From the NCBI GenBank assembly GCA_036172245.1, contig JAYWIR010000030.1:2046001-2110000 (forward strand): 64,000 nt of DNA. Reading direction: 5' to 3'. The stretch comes from Raillietiella orientalis (taxonomy: Eukaryota). Both the position numbers and the translations under genes were made by a program. Position 1 is the stretch's first letter. Each line of letters starts with the position of its first letter. The notes under the pieces were generated by a model. It worked only from the letters and a program-made list of their open reading frames with translations. It had not been told where the DNA came from and made no database searches. Positions 59,771-64,000 of the stretch are shown one piece after another.

Positions 59771-62749
59771 GATACGCCATCAACCTCTGCTTCACCATAT
59801 GCAGAGCTCCAAAGGTGACCATCGCCGTTCCGGAACAAAAAAAATACGTCTGGAGACGTAGCCCACGCCTCACTGACTTCAGACTGGTGCTCATCTTTGG
59901 GTTCTGACCGATGTTCATGACTGACCGTCGACCACTCCCTGGTCATCTTCGGGAATCGTCAAGCCCCGAAGGGAAAGAAACTTAGAGGCACACCCAAATT
60001 CCGCAGTTTCGGAAGAGTTTGGGAAGCATCCAGACAAGAGGATGAAGGCATCCTCCTATTCTCCCTGCATGGAGCGACGGTGCCGCAACCTCTCTCCAGG
60101 ATACTCCCTCGCGGCGAGCCCACGAGGGGTCCCTCTGATTACCTGTGGGGGTCCGTCGATGACGGTCCGAGACTCCTGCTTCATCATCTCTCCTCAAGGA
60201 TCAGGAAGCTCCCCTGGTTTTCTGGGAGAGCGCATGCGAATGCATTCCTCTTTCCGCCTTCTGGAAAGGGGGGCGCCAGTCAACGAAGCTGCGGTCATGC
60301 GCCCTCCTCATCCCCGGGATCGTTTCCGGTTCCTGTCGAGTGGGGAAGGCTGAGGCAAACTGCCCGGAGGGCGTACCTGCATCCAGCTCTCTTCTTCCCC
60401 CCCCTCCCGCGTCCTCTCCTCCGGGACTCTCTTGCCGGCCCCTTCTGTTGCGTCATCGCACCGCGCTCGCTTCCGCCTCGCCTGCCTCCCTCGCAGGCCT
60501 CGACTACTTCCTGCATCTTCCCCGGGCGGGAGCCGGAAGCGGCTGATTGAGTTCCCCGCGAGAAGGCGGCGCCGAACCCTCGAGACGAGATTTCTTCTCC
60601 CTCCTCCCCTCCCCTCCTTCCTGGGCCTCCCTCCCTCCTTCCTCTTTGCTACGCAGAGAGCCGGAGGCGCCGGCAGACGATGCGACGCACTCTCCTGGAC
60701 ATCGAGCGCGCGCGCGGTAGGGGTAGAGAGAGAGAAATGCCAGCCCGATGGGTTCGCGAGAGGATCCACGAAGACTCCTTGGTGCCTCAGGAGGCGAGGC
60801 CACCATCCTTCCCTCCCTGCATGTTTGCCCACGGCAGCAGAGGGGGGGAAAAAACGCTCCCTGGAGGCGACGAGCGCGCGGCTTCCTTCTGCCCGCCCCG
60901 CCGGACGTCCGGGCAGCGTCCATCCGCGCATCCCTGAGGCAGCTCCCCGAGGAGACGCCGCGGAAGAGCGCCCTGAGCCCTCCGGCCAGCACCTGGCTCG
61001 AAACGCAGGTCCCGTTCGTCCTTCTCCTCGCTTGCTAGGGAGGAAACGGGAGGGCAGCCGGACTGGACGAATCATTCCCCGCTGTCCGTAGCGAATACCT
61101 GCCCGGGATAGAAATGGGGGCATCAGGTCGAGCACCTCTGTGGTGCCACCAGGATCTGGACCGCTCTCCCTTTCCCTCGAGAGCCCTTGTAGCTCCACAG
61201 CCGCCGTTCATGGTTCCCTGAAGTCCTGGAGGCTGTTTCCCGACCAGGCCCCGCCGTCCATGCTTCTCATCCCAACTTTTCCCGCTCCTGTCCCATCAAG
61301 GGTTTTCTGGGGGAGTCACTGCAAGGAGCACCACCGTCATCGCCGCACCCCAGTGACGATTTCTCTTTTCGGGCTCCGCTCCTATGGTCCCCCTCCTCGT
61401 CCCTCGCCCCCTTCCGGTCCCTCCTGTTCCTCCTCCCTCCCCTCCTTAATTGCTTTCCGATGATCTACCCCATTCCGCAGAGGTGTTTCTGCTCCTCCCT
61501 GAAGTAAGTCAGCGGCAGGTCCAGCGTGGGCGCCCTTCCCATCACGCTTGGGCGGCTTGGGGGTCTCCCTTTCTCGCAATCCTGAGGCACAGACGGGGAG
61601 AGGCCCTTAGGGACTACCCGCTACCACAGGATCGGAGGGCAGGAGGATGCTACGACCCCGTGAACGCGCAGACATCGAGAAAAGGAGGATGCCGACATCT
61701 CTGGGATCCGCGAATGGACACGCAACGTAGCCGGAAGGACGCTGGCTGCCTGGTCCTGTCCTCCTCGCCATGAAATTTTTCACCGGAAAGGGCAAGGAAG
61801 AAGGGCCCGTCGCTGCGGGAAAATTCTAGGAAGTGCTTTTAAGCAGCTCAGCTTCCGCTTCCAGCTTCGCCCACGGGCTGCTCTTGTCTACCCACCTGCC
61901 TCTCCGTCCGTTCCGGGAGGGACAACAGGGGTGAGAGGCATCGCGTTGGATGAAGGTAGGACCATCCTTCCCCAGGGATCTTCGTCAAGCTCGACAAGCG
62001 GTTCCTGGGCTCAGAGAACAGGGCGGTTTTGGCCCTCCTGTCAAGAGACCTCGGGTTCTTCCGTGCTAAGAGGTGGCGCCAGAGGCTGGCGGTCCATCGG
62101 GTCTCTAAGAGAGGTGAATGGAAATCCAAATCATCTCCTCAAGCGAGACCGAGAAAGACTTCCATGGGACCTGTCTTCGATGCAAGGTTTTGCCTGATAG
62201 CAGAGCAACGGGATGCAGAATCCGTCTGCCATGCATCCTTTAGGCGGCACTCTTAGCAGCAGCAAGCGGCAGTATCCAGCACAGGGTGCGACCTCCGTGC
62301 ACAAAATCAGCCTCAGGAAAAAGGAGAAAGGTGGTACGCTCACGCTTGAGCTCCTCTTCCTCTTCTCCAGACGTTCCCTTCCAGCCTGGAGGCTGCCCTA
62401 GTGCTTCCTTGCCTTCTCCTCGTAGGTTCCCTGTCTTTTCATCCTTTCGAGGCGCTTATAGACCCCCATCCTAGGTATGAGCGAAGGGGGCGAGGTGGAA
62501 GCCCTCGCAGCATGGAGCAGGGAGGTCACCATGCCCACCAGGCAGGGCAGGACGATGCAGTGGGCGGGCGAAGCCACATCTGAAGACGATACCCCAGAAT
62601 CTGCAAACATGGATCGATTTTCTCAGGGACTCCCTGGGAAAATGCGAGATTCTGGGATGCGCGAACCTTCCTTCCATTACCACCTTGCCGCTGGTACACC
62701 GGAGGTCCCTTGAAGTGACCGACATCTTCATGCCTTAGAGGATGTGTAT

Positions 62750-63520
62750 TGAATGAGCGACAGTGGTTCTTCCGGATCTTCCCATCCTTCCGATAAACTT
62801 CTTACGGTGGCCTCTTTGCATGAATTGCATCTTAGGCATCAACGGCTCGACTGTGATCCTCCTATCTTGATGAGCTCCTTACGGTGGTCCCTTCCCTACA
62901 GAGGATTAGCTTCTTTTGAGTCCTGGAGTGCTAGATACTCCATGGGACCACTCGCATACTCTGGTGGGTGTCCCAACCCATATGTTCAATATATGTCCCT
63001 GCTACATCTTATGCATGAGGCGACCATCAATTTCCTCATCTTTTTAGGGTATTTTCTGGAGACGCCTAGAGTCTTCAGCGCTCCGTCTTCGTAGGATCCC
63101 ACACTCCTAGGGCGTCTACCAGGATGTATTGCATCTTCGGCATCGACGGTCGGACTGTGGTCTTCGTGGTGAGCTTCTTATAGGTGCAAGTCTTGCCGCA
63201 TGAGCAAAACGGTCTGCAAACCTAATGAAGTCTCCTGAAGCGAGGAGATGGTTGGAATCCTGATGCAGTCCAAGGCAACGCGTGACTTTCCCTTGATCCC
63301 TGTGTTTTTCAATGAGGAAGAGCCGCGTGTGTTCACGATGGATGGAGCGCACATCTGCGGCGAATTTCTTCCCCCTGGAGCAGTCCAAGGTCAGTCCATA
63401 CATTCGTGAATTCCCATGTCGCTAGCTTGCGCCAACCTTGATCTTGGCCAAAAGGCCAAGATGCGATGTCATGGAGGAGAAGGAAGGTCCTCAAGGAATG
63501 CTTCCGCTTCCCCCGGCACA
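62750..63520 (-). mobile_element. L1-clade LINE RT N-terminal remnant
   Basis: HTRLFLIEK (cf. TxIxLIPK), FADRF (cf. LANRL), LKTLGV..MVASCI (cf. LxxMGF..IMxCV). Confidence 0.35.
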
Positions 63521-64000
63521 TCTTCTCCTTCCTGCGAAGTAGTGGAAGCCCTTCCGCACATGATCCTGGAATGAGTCAGGGTCTGACCTGCTCCACCTTC
63601 CCGACGATGCCTCCCAGCGCCTTCTCGGAGAAAGGTCCACCTCTTCGGGCAAACCGGTTTCCTTCGCTACGGCCTCATCTCCCGCCATCTGCAAGAACAG
63701 CGGTGGCAGCCAGATGGAAGAAGGGCGTGGCTGCCTTTTAGTCAAGCCTTTCGCCGCCCGCATGCACGATACAAACAGGAAGGCATGGTAAAAGGAACAC
63801 TCTGGGCGATTGCGGATGCAGAATAGGTTGCAACCGGTATCAGCACTCCACTGCCTCCATACTCGTTTCCCTCCCAGGCGGAATCTTGGGAAGCATCACG
63901 ATTACCACCTTGAAACCAGCCCATCCCTCTATTTATTTGCGAACCCTCCTTCACCACCCTTCTTCCTCCCCTACGAAGTTACGCTTCCAAAGAGGTTCGA

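Noticed and set aside
11400..63520. Unistrand piRNA-cluster-like orientation bias of TE remnants
   Set aside because: Minus-strand remnants are more frequent, but several plus-strand ones exist (about 15.4, 19.6, 23.2, 31.8, 34.5, 47.4 kb) and the calls are too uncertain to claim a bias.
1..64000. CRISPR array, operons or prokaryotic defence system
   Set aside because: No regularly spaced direct repeats and no gene-dense coding structure; the rDNA is eukaryotic.

Overview
Repeat-rich eukaryotic-type DNA. I found no intact protein-coding gene, tRNA or CRISPR array, and none of the listed ORFs reads as a complete known protein. Solid features: (1) a 671-bp near-identical inverted duplication at 17530-18200 / 53913-54583, bracketing 35.7 kb; (2) a degenerate minus-strand 28S rRNA fragment (about 25675-27110) split by a plus-strand 3' end of 18S rRNA (25891-26045); (3) a 72-bp inverted repeat pair (19443-19514 / 20165-20236); (4) a 52-bp palindrome with outward B-box-like motifs (31237-31345), two smaller hairpins, a diverged direct repeat and simple repeats. 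Much of the rest looks like heavily garbled retroelement coding sequence (L1/Tx1-like and RLE-type LINEs, Ty3/Gypsy, BEL/Pao, Copia-like integrase). These are recognisable only by motif order, so those calls are by eye and low to moderate confidence. I cannot support a new biological system. The best candidate is the 37-kb unit bounded by the inverted repeat, but it has no visible target-site duplication or mobilisation genes. The decay pattern also raises the possibility that the window is synthetic or chimeric, which should be tested first.
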